Shown here piece after piece: positions 20,154 through 31,627 of a stretch of 64,000 nucleotides of DNA. The DNA is taken from assembly GCA_965235115.1 (NCBI GenBank), contig OZ249450.1, positions 7,254,001 to 7,318,000 on the forward strand. The letters run 5' to 3'. The notes below the pieces were generated by a model, which was given only the letters and a program-made list of their open reading frames with translations, was not told the DNA's origin and made no database searches. How positions within the stretch are numbered: position 1 is the first letter of the stretch; every line of letters starts with the position of its first letter. The position numbers and the translations under genes were made by a program. This DNA comes from Laetmonice hystrix (lineage: Eukaryota).

Positions 20154-20593
20154 TTATTCACTATGTCTTCTCATTCTCTTCACTGGAGGTTCCGATACCA
20201 AGTCGGCCTGACACGCTTTGGTATTGTTTTTTCCGTAGATATGGCCAATAATGTCCTTTGTGGCCTTCCACTCGTGGTTTCGCAGGCTTATGCCCATGTG
20301 TGTCACGTACACACCCCTACCGCTTCTTTTTTTATAAAAAAAATGCGTATACTCACGCAGTGGTAGGGATGTTTTACGCCTGCATATAGATCGCCCCCGA
20401 GTGGAATACCTACATCCACTTTTACATTCTCTCTGCATCTCTGGAGATTATTTGATAGGAGTTCTCGGTTTTGATGCAATATGTTCAGTTGTTCCTCTGA
20501 CAGTTTGGCCCCCATGTTGTCATGTGCTTGGTACGTTTGGGGGGCCGTTTCAACAAAGTGCCAAATCATGACACCCCGGTCTTGTTCGGTCAC
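20154..20593 (-). pseudogene. PC4/Sub1-like ssDNA-binding domain protein, one frameshift in a homopolymer
   Basis: Joining the two frames at the T-run near 20337-20343 gives LGGDLYAGVKHPYHCVSIR-FFYKKRSGRGVYVTHMGISLRNHEWKATKDII, fitting the PC4 pattern V-D-I-R...G-I-S-L...E/Q-W. Confidence 0.65.
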
Positions 20594-21421
20594 CCTTATA
20601 CGTCTCTATCGGTCCCGACATGCCACGATATAACCTCCGGCATCTCACTCCACTGAGATGAGTTTGAGTCTGTCCTTCTGTATTGACAAGAACAATACAA
20701 TATATAAATATTTAATTGGAAGAAAATATATTAAAAATAATATAACCCTGAAATTTGAAAAGAAACTTTTGTTGTTGTTGCATACAGTTGTACTTGATAA
20801 TACTGTTATCTACAGTTTTAACAAGATTCGAAATATTATGACGGAGAGATAACTTACCTTGCCGGGATTGTCAATGGTAGATCTGCTGCGCTGAATGCCA
20901 TTTCTTCGTATATTAGCCTGAGTTTACTTTTAAAATCGGATGTGTAAAATAGATGTCCTTGTGACATTTTATGCTATTCAAATGATATAATAAACACATG
21001 TGTCTAATTACGTCAACTTTATGCGCATTATTCAATGGGTTTATAGATTTTACTTGTCATATCTAATTCATTATGAATGCATTTTCTATTGTTAATTCAC
21101 ATCTGCGGTATTTATCAATTATCTCATTCATTACGAATGCATTTCTATTGTTATCATGAACATATGTGTCTAATCACCCGTATAATATGACTAATTACCT
21201 ATGACCTGTGCTATTCATCCCCCTCCAACCAATAATTAATTCAATAACGGAGGGATCTACGACCATCTATTACATCATTTTATCGATTATGTTAGCCACC
21301 CCACACCCCCTAATCAATAATTCAATCAATAATGCCGGGATTCACGACCTACTATTACATAATTTTATCGATTATGTTTTATCGATTGACCGTGCAAATT
21401 TTATCGATTTTATGCAATTTT

Positions 21422-22208
21422 TTATCGATTATGAAGCTCAGGGACGGGGCTAACTACTAGCCTATCCTTTAAAAAATCACTGATGAGAGTCCGCATGGGG
21501 GTGGGCCGAATGAGGCACCGCCTCATCTTTCTGAATTCCACACCCCCTTTGTGGGTAACTATTATATCTCCTGTCGATGTCCTCTGGCCATGCAAAGTGT
21601 GTGGGGGCATCCTTTATGGCTAAGGCCACCGAAAAATCCCCTGACCCGCCTTCGCTATTTAGGGTCCCCTTTGCATCACCCACGGTGGGTCGATGGGTGT
21701 GGTTTTACGCCTTGCAACAGCCAGGGTCTTATCACGGCGGTGAAGATGATGATGAAAGTCAGTTTTTCTTGGTGGAGGAAACCGGAGGACCCGGAGGAAA
21801 CCACCGACCTTCGGGAAGGAACTGACTTACAAACCTTTCACACATGCAGCCCAGGCCAGGGACCGAACCCGTGAGCCACCACCTTAGACCACTTGGCCAC
21901 CCGAGGCCCCGCATCACCCACGGTCATTGTGACCTAGAATATAAAAAAAGGAGTTTTAAAAAATAATATATCACCCCTCTCCGTTTTTCACAAGCAGGTT
22001 AAAACCGGGAACAATCAGATTAAACCTGGAAAATAAATTTCGCTTCAAAAAAACCTTTTCCAAGTATTTAGATGCTACAGTATATTAACAAGTTCTTTCG
22101 ACATATATCCAGTTTAAAAAGTTGCTATTTAGGAAAAAACCCACTTACATATACAGGGTGATCCGGAAGGATAACATCACCGGCAGTGTTCAGTATAGGT
22201 TGAGTCAT
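21422..22208 (-). pseudogene. Second copy of the two-exon Polinton ORF, disrupted by a SINE and a frameshift
   Basis: Exon 1 is 22208-22149 (MTQPILNTAGDVILPDHPVY) with a GTAAGT donor; acceptor TTCTAG precedes 21933. Exon 2 is homologous to 5510-5277. Confidence 0.6.
21687..21910 (-). mobile_element. tRNA-derived SINE with a V/Meta-like core
   Basis: A box TGGCCAAGTGG, B box GGTTCGGTCCC, core GGTTTCCTCCGGGTCCTCCGGTTTCCTCC. 14-bp TSD GCATCACCCACGGT (21673-21686, 21911-21924). Absent at the homologous site near 5500. Confidence 0.85.
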
Positions 22209-22521
22209 TTTTTCTTCCTTAAATGTTCCTGAGGTGAGGCTTGTCTTTGTTGCAGTTGAAAGTGGGTCGAGTTGTCATTTCAGACCCTTTTATATATTAC
22301 CCCCTTCAATAGTCCAGTTACATTATATATGTGACGTGTAAGCATATGGAGTTCTTTCTGGAGCCATTTTTCGTCTTTGAAGGTTGGTGAGGTTAGGTTT
22401 GAGGTAGGGAGGGTGACGTGTGGTCGGCTCCCTAAGTGTTGGAGATGGCGTGCAGATCGTGGGGGCGTATATCAGGGGGCTAGGCTACCCGAGTATTGGT
22501 GAACAGAAGATTGTGAACAGC

Positions 22522-22995
22522 TATTACGGTGACTGAACACTGAGTAAAGACTGTGCTTAACTCTGCTTTATTGCCGTCAAGTTGGGGGTATATATAGCTG
22601 GGGGAAGGGGTGGCCCTCACCGGATTGGTCAGGCCAGGCTTCCAATAGCAGGGTCTGGGGGTCGGTCACGTGGGGACGCCAGTGCTGTGATTGGCCAGGA
22701 AGGTAGGGGTGGTGTGAACGCCCGCCGAGCCGTGGCCCGGGATCAAAGGGAGAGCAAGCTCTCTGTTAGATTCACCGGCATTCACACCCCCGCCTCCCGG
22801 GTCCAGGGGGTCGTCCGCCGCCCTACTGGGTGGTACGCAGGGTGGAAGGCTGGCGTGCCACGTCCCCTCAGCCCAGCCATAGAAGGTCTGGCTGATGAAA
22901 GGGGAGACGCCGCCGCCTTGGAAGCCGGCATTTCACACCAAAGCGATGAAAGGGTCCTCCGCCTCCCCAGGACGTCCAGCCATTGTCTAAATCTG
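22522..22995 (-). mobile_element. Solo LTR-like element (LTR-A), second copy
   Basis: Highly similar to 5917-6395, with CCAAT, TATATATA and AATAAA in order. Confidence 0.5.
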
Positions 22996-23005
22996 GGGTG
23001 AACCT

Positions 23006-24062
23006 ATTGTCTGTGTCTTGACTGCATGTGGGAAAACTACATTTGTGAAAGCCGTGTTACAACATATTGTTGTGGGCACGCCCCCCCCCCCCCGGCCCAT
23101 CTATATTAATCTCTTTTATTAGTATATTGATTGTTCATTGTATTTTAACCATGTATTGTATGTTAACCGATTATTATATTGTAATATATCAACTATAGTA
23201 TTTAGAATGTGTGTATGGCGGAAACCTATAGTGGCCTCCTCCATGTATTCCAGTAAGCCGAGTATCAAGGATTTGTGAGGAGAGTGAGCGGTGAACGGGA
23301 AGTATCGGATAGGCTGGCAGGAGTTGACACGCGATAGCCACCCCGTTCTCTTGGTCACTTTCCGGGATGTCCTGCGGCCACCTGGGGGCCATGACCCCCT
23401 GAGGCGCTGGCATCCCGGCGATAGGAAGTGCCAGACGGATCCTGGGGAGGTGTCGCGCTGTGGTCAGGCCGCTCACCCCGTTGCTTCCCGCGGATATCCT
23501 GCGTCTTTCCAGGGGCATGGCCGGGCGCTGACACGCAGACAAGCGGCTTTGACCTGCGGGGGGGGGGGGGGGTGACGTAAGGGTATACCCATCCCCCCAG
23601 TAGGCCCGGCGTGTCCGGCTGGTTGGCAGTGATTGACAGCTGCCAGTACGGGCATGGGCGGGGACGAGCGAATGGAGGACCGATTAAAAGGGGACCCATT
23701 CAGGTAGTAGAGGGAGTTATCCCGAGAGTTCGGTCGGAGTTATTCATCCGTTAGTCAGACATAGGCCTATTAGCTAGTTAAGGAGTCAGTCCTGAGTTCA
23801 GCTCAGTTCTGAGTTCAGTTCAGTTAGTTAGTGCAGAGAGAGTTGGTAAGCAAGAGTCGGCATATGGAATTGTACGTGAAAACCTGAAAATACAACCATC
23901 TCGTCAACCGGCTCGTTTATGTTGTGATTGGGGGACCGCAACAACATGCACATTTCACCCAAGCCTCAGAGGATCATTTGGCTTTACAAGCGATGGCAGC
24001 CATTATATACGGACATTTTAAATACGGTACGACCTCTTGTGGAATTTATCCAAGGTATCCCT
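23006..24062 (+). pseudogene. Polinton packaging ATPase fragment split by LTR-B
   Basis: Removing LTR-B and one TSD copy gives, in frame, TACGKTTFVKAVLQHMHISPKPQRIIWLYKRWQPLYTDILNTVRPLVEFIQGIP. Confidence 0.8.
23068..23943 (+). mobile_element. Solo Gypsy-like LTR (LTR-B, 876 bp)
   Basis: Termini TGTTGTGG...CCGCAACA, with a 4-bp TSD ATAT/ACAT (one mismatch). Excision restores the ATPase frame. TATA-like ATTAAAAG and an AGTT-rich R-like region are present. Confidence 0.75.
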
Positions 24063-24104
24063 CACGATCATGGTAAAAGTATGTCGAAACGGATGTCCCT
24101 CCAT
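24063..24104 (-). pseudogene. Inverted N-terminus of the packaging ATPase
   Basis: MEGHPFRHTFTMIV matches the F-x-H-P-F-T-x-I-V start of Polinton ATPases, on the opposite strand to the adjacent ATPase fragment. Confidence 0.65.
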
Positions 24105-24139
24105 AACCCGATTGGAGAGGACTTGTTCTGATTCTTGCT

Positions 24140-24330
24140 CAGGAGTGACTCCCGAAGTGACTCCCACTGGAGTGACTCCCACTGGAGTGTCTCCCACTGG
24201 AGTGACTCCCACTGGGGTGACTCCGGGAGTGACTCCCACTAGAGTGAATGCCGGAGTGACTCCCACTGGAGTGACTCCCACTGGAGTGACTCCCACTAGA
24301 GTGACTCCCAGAGTGACTCCCACTGGCTCT
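24140..24330. repeat. 15-bp tandem repeat with an internal palindrome GGAGTGACTCC
   Basis: About 12 copies of GGAGTGACTCCCACT and variants. Confidence 0.9.
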
Positions 24331-24649
24331 GAAAATTTCAAAGAAATCGGTTCAAGGGGAGGGGCAGGGGGGCACCTTTCAATTCATGTCGGGAATTAAG
24401 ACACTGGCGGGCGGCGGGCGGCTTGTATATCTCAGTCTGGGGTGCCTGTGTTTAAAAGTTCAGCCTCATACAGTTCTTTGTATTTTTTAACCAGATTTTT
24501 AGATCTATGGGCAGATATGTAGGGGAGTTGGCACGTGTGCGTATAGCGAATACCGTATACCATATACCGTATACTCCTATGTGAACTCAGCCTAAGGGGG
24601 AAGCTCGTTTTGTTCAAACACACAGTATAAAGTTCGTGGTTGAAACTGG

Positions 24650-25120
24650 GATCTGAGCCATTGTGTTTAACTTTATGACCATATCAAAAAGTATTTCTCT
24701 ATAGTCTTTATAACGAAGTTGGTTTTTCACTACCGCCCGGCCAGTTCCTTTGGCCGTCTTTTTCTCTTTTCCAGCATAGAGCTAGTAAACTGTACATTTT
24801 TAACCTCGGTCCTACAAACTCGGACGGTGGTACTCCGACACATTCGTCTTTCATCTTAGAACCTTGTCATTGCCTGTGCTGAGGAGAAAATGGTCTTGGG
24901 GGGGGGGGTGTAGTCATGGCGTATCAAAATAATGAGTCAGAAGGCCTACGTCGGTCGTGAATATGGGTTGGATAATCCAAGTCCACTTCTAGGATGTAAC
25001 CCTCGTCAGCATCGTCAGACACCGCAGTCACATCGGCTGGGTCAGTGCAATAGAAACCGTGGGTGGGTAGAGGTTGTGACATGATCCGTCCATAGAGGTT
25101 GTTGGCATCTAAATACATTC
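24650..25120 (-). pseudogene. Protein-primed DNA polymerase B fragments (Polinton), internally deleted
   Basis: YLDANNLYGRIMSQPLPTHGF...GYILEVDLDYP and KMKDECVGVPPSEFVG...KMYS...KTAKG. Confidence 0.9.
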
Positions 25121-25144
25121 ATGTACTTTGAGGGAGTGTGGGGG

Positions 25145-25990
25145 TCATTTCGAGCATTGCATCGCGGGTACATTTAGCCGGGTCTCTCGCCAGCATGGCA
25201 GTGCCTCCAGTATTTTGCTTGCATCAGGCATTGAAGCAACTAAAATAGGCCCCCAGCGCTTTCCCCAAAGTCAGTGGGCAATATTACGATAGTATCATGT
25301 TCACAATACAAGTAGTCCTACCATATGTCGTGGTGTTGTCGTTCGGGAGCGGACATATTGCTTCCCATAATTTGATAAATTACCGTATCACGCCCATTTA
25401 GGTAAATTAGGTGATTCATTTTTCTTCTTTAAACGTTCCCCTTTATACCAAAAATTTATATTTGCACATACAACGCCAAGGTGTCAATAATGCACTACTT
25501 ACTGAATCGATGGGATATGACGTACAGGTCACTCAGTGCCTCACTACACAGGTCGATTTCGCCATGTATCTAGTTGCCAATGCATGTGGCGCCCATTTCA
25601 CCCGAGGGTATATGCAGAAATGACGTCATATACCCGAGGGAATCCCGAATGGAACTTTAACCTTTGACCCGTCATTTTCAAACTGTGACACTAAACTGAG
25701 GACACTTTCTAGTCCATCTACCCCCCCCCCCTTTAACTCGTCCGGAGGTGTACGGACTTGCCTAACTAGGTCCCCTCAGCACCCCGGGGTCATGGGGTCA
25801 TCAGCGTCGACATCGGGTGGCGGCAGATGGTGGGGCCTTTTTCTCAGATTGCAGGACTGCAAGGGTGCCATAAATGCCGACTTGTTGCTATAAATAGCAG
25901 CGTATGGTACTATAAATAGCGTGGGGTCTCCTCGTTAGGTGCTATATATAGCGCTGAGGTCATTTGGCGTGTTTGCTGACTTGTCATACT
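25145..25990. repeat. Second copy of the Polinton accessory/promoter block (homologous to about 2310-3195)
   Basis: Colinear similarity including the CRE palindrome (25620) and the CTATAAATAG motifs (25887, 25910, 25941). Confidence 0.85.
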
Positions 25991-25992
25991 TG

Positions 25993-26963
25993 ATGCTTGC
26001 GAATTAAGGGAATATAAGCCGTCGACTCCCCTGGATGATGATTCACCCATCGAGATTAAAATTGCTAACAACGGCAATACTTATGTAGCATTGGATAGAT
26101 CCTCGTTAAAGGTTGCTTTAAGAATTGTAAGTGGTAATGGGTCGCCATTATAACAGTTCCTCAGCGATCAATTCGAAATTGCAAAGTATACCCTTTTACA
26201 AGGACCTCCCAAAAGTTGTTGATGATGTAGATGCGATTGATAGCATGAACAGAAGCGAAGCATACTGACTGAAAAGAATCAAACTGTAGAGCTAGAGGAA
26301 CCGTTAGGCCTACGTTTACCTATTTGCTTGCAAAAAAGACTGATTCCAAATGGCGTTCCCATTCATATAAAACTGTTTCAAACCAGTAATTCTAGACTCA
26401 TGAGTCCCTCAAACGATGCCGACTTTAAAATACAAAGAGTACCTCCTGCATTGTATTTAGCTTTTAGTGTAGCGAAAGGCACATACGATTTTTGTGCTGA
26501 AGATCTATTTCAGGGTTCAGTCCCAAGTCGGGTTATAGTTGGGATCGTGGCGTCTGAAGCCTATTCGGGTAGCTATAAACGGAACCCTTTTCTATTCAAC
26601 CACTATAGGCCTAATGTCAACTACATTTCTATGATCATTGATGGTATGTCTGCTCCTGGTCGCGCGCTTTAGCCAAATTACGGTAATGTTTCTTTTGTGT
26701 CATGCTATCTCACATTGTTTTCTCAAGAGGATGGAATCAACATCCAGTGCAATGAATATCCACACGGATATTGTATGTACGTATTTAATATAAATGAACG
26801 CGAAGATAAGCTTATAAGACAAAGAAAAAGGGGTCATAATCGAATTGAAATTAAATTTCAAGAGCCGTTACTTGAACCGGTTACAGTTATTTTAGCTGCT
26901 AAGTTTCCCAGTGTTTTACAAATCGACGATACGAGAGCCATTAAAAATGGACGAACTCCCTAG
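25993..26963 (+). pseudogene. Polinton major capsid protein, second copy with extra deletions
   Basis: Homologous to 3198-4380 (LFQGSVPSRVIVGIVASEAYSGSYKRNPF; EPLLEPVTVILAAKFPSVLQID). Lacks two segments retained in the first copy. Confidence 0.9.
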
Positions 26964-27215
26964 AGAATTGTATAAGTATATGGGGGATGTATGTATCCCA
27001 TCGTTTGAGATATGTTCATCCGATCAATTACCTATACGTGTAATCCATATACCGAAATATTACATCGTTAACACAGCAGCGTCTGGGGATGTTGGCAAAC
27101 ATTGGTTAGCGTTTTATTTTCCTGTACAAGATCCAAACGAAATCTTTGATTCCGAGGGGGAGCCACCCGAGTTTTATGCCCCGAACTTTGTCAAACCGTT
27201 AGAACATCATTATTT
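26947..27215 (+). pseudogene. Polinton cysteine protease, second copy, 3'-truncated
   Basis: MDELPRELYKY...GKHWLAFY...IFDSEG, broken off after PLEHH before the catalytic Cys. Confidence 0.88.
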
Positions 27216-27472
27216 GTTTCGCTGGTGACACATACAAGCGTTTACCACATCCGTACACCGCGTCCAGTCATCGCATCTGTCCAAATGGGTTTGGACATTA
27301 TGGTTTACAACCAAGCATGACACATACCTCCGGCCACGATTATCGGGTGCGATCAAACGGATCCGTTGATCGCAATTTTTAAACACTGCTCAATTTTTGC
27401 GATGAACGCGCCGGTAAACGCAAGGGGAACTCCATATTATGACGTCAAATTGGGGAAGCCCTCCGACCAACC

Positions 27473-27629
27473 ATGCCGCGCGAATATACAACCCTGACAA
27501 AGCAACAGGTTGGGGAGCTGATAGAGGGTGTCAGGAGACATAATGCGCGACACATATTGCATCATGGCACAGAGAAGTGTCAAAATGCCTGGGAGGCAAT
27601 CAAAAGTACACTACAAACGGAACTGAGCG
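27473..27629 (+). other. Candidate first coding exon of a Myb/SANT-like (MADF/trihelix) protein, possibly transposon-derived
   Basis: MPREYTTLTKQQVGELIEGVRRHNARHILHHGTEKCQNAWEAIKSTLQTELS ends at a GTGAGT donor and has the LI..V...K..AW..I pattern. Downstream exons are not resolved. Confidence 0.35.
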
Positions 27630-28434
27630 GTGAGTAGCTAGACTGTGTGATGGTAACATGTTCCTTACATATTGGCTCCTATAGGAATCATGCAGTAGGA
27701 ACCCGGTCAACCCATGTACCAGGCACATTTACTTTCTTATCATGTCATCATCGACATATCCCCCAAATAAAAGGCGTAAATGCGGTATTCCAGGGGGTCA
27801 CGACAGGGTGTCCCTTGCACTGCTCTCCAAATAGCCACAAACCTGATTTTTTGCAGACATTACACCCAACCCCTCGAGAACCACTGCAAATCATTTTACA
27901 GGGCTGCAAAACGAATTCATAGTCCAGCAAACAAATTATTTCGTGGGTTTGGTGAAGAAAATTTATTGCGACGTATGAACGTTTTGGTTTCTCCGCTTGT
28001 GTGTGTCATGTGTTGCCGCATGTTTGCCGTCCGTTCATCGCATCAGGTAACTGGGTGCGTCAAACGCTACTGCGATTACCGCAGGTATGTGTCACCGGCT
28101 TGATACAGACGAATGTCTACCGTTTACATTACAAGCACCTGTTGGGGAATCCTCCCCCCCTACTTCTGCGTGGGGCGTGAGCGTGAGAATGCACAAGATA
28201 AGAAGTAATGACGTCACGGTCGGGTTGTAAACAGGTCAAATTTTTGGCGAGCCGCCGCAATTCGTGAGGCAAAAAGAGCCTCAAGTTGCCACTCAAAAGT
28301 TACGAGTCATTCGCCGGGTATCAGGTAAGTTCCTTGTTAAATAAGTTCAAATGATATCGTTTACGTCGGCCAACACCAGCTTGTGATTCTGGAAGTGCAT
28401 ACAATTATAGAAGTTTAATTACGTGACCGTAGTA

Positions 28435-28495
28435 AGGAGATATTTCAGTAGTTCTATGTTATATAATATAACATAGAACTACTAAAAATCTCCCA
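28435..28495. repeat. Hairpin with a perfect 18-bp stem
   Basis: AGTAGTTCTATGTTATAT-A-ATATAACATAGAACTACT (28447-28483), with an imperfect extension on both sides. Confidence 0.9.
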
Positions 28496-30357
28496 AGGAA
28501 AGAGGGGGCCGATTTTTAGCAGCCTACATAATGAAACAAAATTCTGTGGATTGTCGTAATTTGTACTTCATTTGCAACTGACAGATACATTACACATAGC
28601 AACATATCTAACATACTGGACAGAAATAGGAAAATAGACGTCATATCATTTTTCTGTATTTCATTATTTTGACAGTAGAGGTCTGTACATAGACCAGCTA
28701 CCCCATTGTCCGATTGTCAATAAATACACGGCGGCTGGAGGTAAACATTAGGGATAACTTTGTACAAATTCGTTGAGGAGACATATACGAGGACAGCCAA
28801 GCGGAGGGCTACAATTTGCCTGGCATGGTATCACATGATGACAAGAACCATTGTGGGATTCTCATCTATTTGTGCAGTATACAGTAGAGATGGGAAACAC
28901 CTGGATTACAGGATATCCAGTGAAAGTTTTTAAACCAATGCAATATTAATCATTAGCATAGACTGGCGCCAAAAAAAGTTACGTTAAGAAAAGTGACCTT
29001 ATTAAAGAATAATACACTTTTAGAGACCAGGTCCAAATCTTGCAATATAGTTTCCAGATAGAGCAGGATGCTTGAGTGATTATGGCATGATAGTGCCAAG
29101 GCTCAACCTTGTTATGCCGTACCGGGTAAATGTATGGGCTATGCCTCGGGTATTATTATCACAGCATAAAACACGACACCTCCCACTGTATGGTCAGCAA
29201 TGTATGAGGGTTGGCATTTTTAGACCGGCAAACATTACCATATGGTACGTTATGAACCACTTCCGTACAAACGGGGATGAATTTCTTGGGGTGATTCTTA
29301 CTTATAACCCGTGAAATCAATAAATCTTATTGACACTTGGACGTAAACCTTCTTTATGAACTGACTGTAGCAGTGCCGTAGCTCAATTGTTGCTCTTGTT
29401 TTCGACTTAGGTATATTAACAGATATGTATTTCTCCATCTTAGATGTACAATGTATATTGAAAGGAATATCTGAAGTTGCACAGGCAGAAAGCACATAAA
29501 TAACACATCAGATCCATCAAAACTTAAAAGCCAAATTAGGCCTAACAAATGACATTCACAAATGGGACAGAGCAATTAAAGGCTTGATTGTTGACAGGCC
29601 ACCAAACTATATGACGTCTTATGGGCGGTTTTCACCAATGGGTGTCAAGGTTGACAAAATTTCCCTTGTGAACTGGGCAGCACAAGTAGAAGTGTGAGAA
29701 GCCCCAGTGACGGTGTTGGGAGCGTGGGGTGACGCTGCCATGGCAGTGCTACCTCCCACAATGGATGGATAGTAATTACCATACTTTGAATGACATTATC
29801 CGAAGATATTTATACTTTTTACACATTTTCTCCAATAATTATTTACAAACACCTTAGAACTATACAATTAGATCATTAGACACATCGGTGGGACCCCTTT
29901 GTCCCGTTTCTATATTTCTAGGCAGCATCAATACTGATTATCATGTTTGCAACATGGAATAATTCCCGCCCCAAACCGACCCCCGCCCCAACCCGACTGG
30001 TATCCCCACTGGCTAACAAAGTACGTGGACACAATAATCAACACCCCTACCACGATTTACATGCCTTGTATATAAAAACACGGCAGGTTTGCATCGTTTT
30101 CCCTGGAACCCATGGGTTGTCATGACACGGACCTGGCAGTTTGCCCTAAACTAGAACTTTCCCAATCATCAAAATACATGGAGATATAATGAAACCTGTC
30201 ACATCAAACTGGAAAATGTATGTCCATGCATTAATATTTAACTACGTAAAGATGTTTGACAAAAAATTCGCCCTTTCAGTTGCAAAAAAAATATATATAG
30301 CATTAAAAAATGAAAAAGAAAAATTAATCAAAATTAAGCGGAGAGATTTTGTAGGAG

Positions 30358-30633
30358 TGCTCCCCCGTGGCACCCTAAATTCCTTAAATACTACCTTTGA
30401 ACCCCGGTGACATGTCAAAAATGGACTTAAGTTAGGGCCCGAGTACCGTACAAAACGGCTGTTATTTTCTGAAGCCAGCACAGGCTGGGAGCTCGCGGTA
30501 ATGATGCATGGTAATGGCTGCGGAGAAATACTTTTAATATACTTTCGCTTATCACTCGAACCTGAAATTTGAACATGGTGTCACTTGGGTTCAAAGGTAA
30601 GTATTTGAGGAATTTGGGATGCCACTTTGAGCA
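30358..30633. mobile_element. MITE with about 54-bp imperfect TIRs
   Basis: TGCTCCCCGTGGCACCCTAAATTCCTTAAATACTACCTTTGAACCCCGGTGACA mirrors the reverse complement of about 30580-30633. No clear TSD. Confidence 0.6.
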
Positions 30634-31627
30634 GCAATTACGTTCTATACAAACTCAGTATTGCAAACACATGTCCACGCTCTCACAAAATATGTTCACA
30701 ATGAAATGATTTAAGTTTATCGGAATAAATCCAAAATTTCTCCGTTTTTTTATCTCTGGTTTTAATATGCCACCCGCTGTCGTCTTTACTTACCAAACAT
30801 GTCATGTACAGACGGTAGCTTAGATTTGACATGGAATATGTAGTTACATGTATTTAAAATTATCATCTGCCGTTCACTGGAATGCATTAACATCACAATG
30901 CACAGATATTACAAGTGTGAGATTGCATACAGGCATTAAAAAAACAACAACAACAAAAATCCAAAAAAAAGGCAAACAACCAAAGAAAGAATGAAAGAAC
31001 AAAATATGTGGGACAGGTGTGTACCTAGATATTGATCTCTCTCCACCACTGCAGCCGTGCAGGAGATCTGCCGACTTCTCGTTATTTTGACGACGTCAAT
31101 GTCTTCTCCATGTTTCATACTTATATACAAAAGGAAGACACCGTTTGACGAAACGACCTCAGCCTTTAGACAACATCTTTCTGGGGAAAGTCAAATGGCT
31201 TCATGGCAGAAAAGAAACGAGAGCACTGAACCAGTTTTCCAGCCACAATCATGGCTTGACAATTCCCTTTTAAAACTTTTAGCGCAGTATGGGAAAGTGA
31301 CGTTTAAAATATTCATGAACTTTAGGTTCACATAATGAGCTCACTGTTCTAAAAAAAATATGAGTCATACTTTATATTATCTAGAAAGTTCGGATCAGTA
31401 AATCTTGGACTACCCAATACCTTGCATCACCACCCTTTATATATGTACATCTGTCAAACTCTTCAATTCCGTTATCACTAATACTAATTTATCTCCATAG
31501 TTATATTACAATGGCCATATTTAATCACTTCATATTTACAATATTAAATAGGTCCCACTGCGTTATAGACCATACCTCAACAAGTACTGCACTATAACTT
31601 CTAGGGCAGGACCCACCCCCACCCCAC

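Noticed and set aside
21687-21910. tRNA gene
   Set aside because: A and B boxes are present, but they are followed by a SINE core and flanked by a 14-bp TSD, with no full cloverleaf.
28447-28483. Palindrome bounded by AGTAGT...ACTACT, like Polinton termini (a collapsed element footprint)
   Set aside because: No 6-bp TSD, and the inverted repeat extends past these motifs, so they are not termini.
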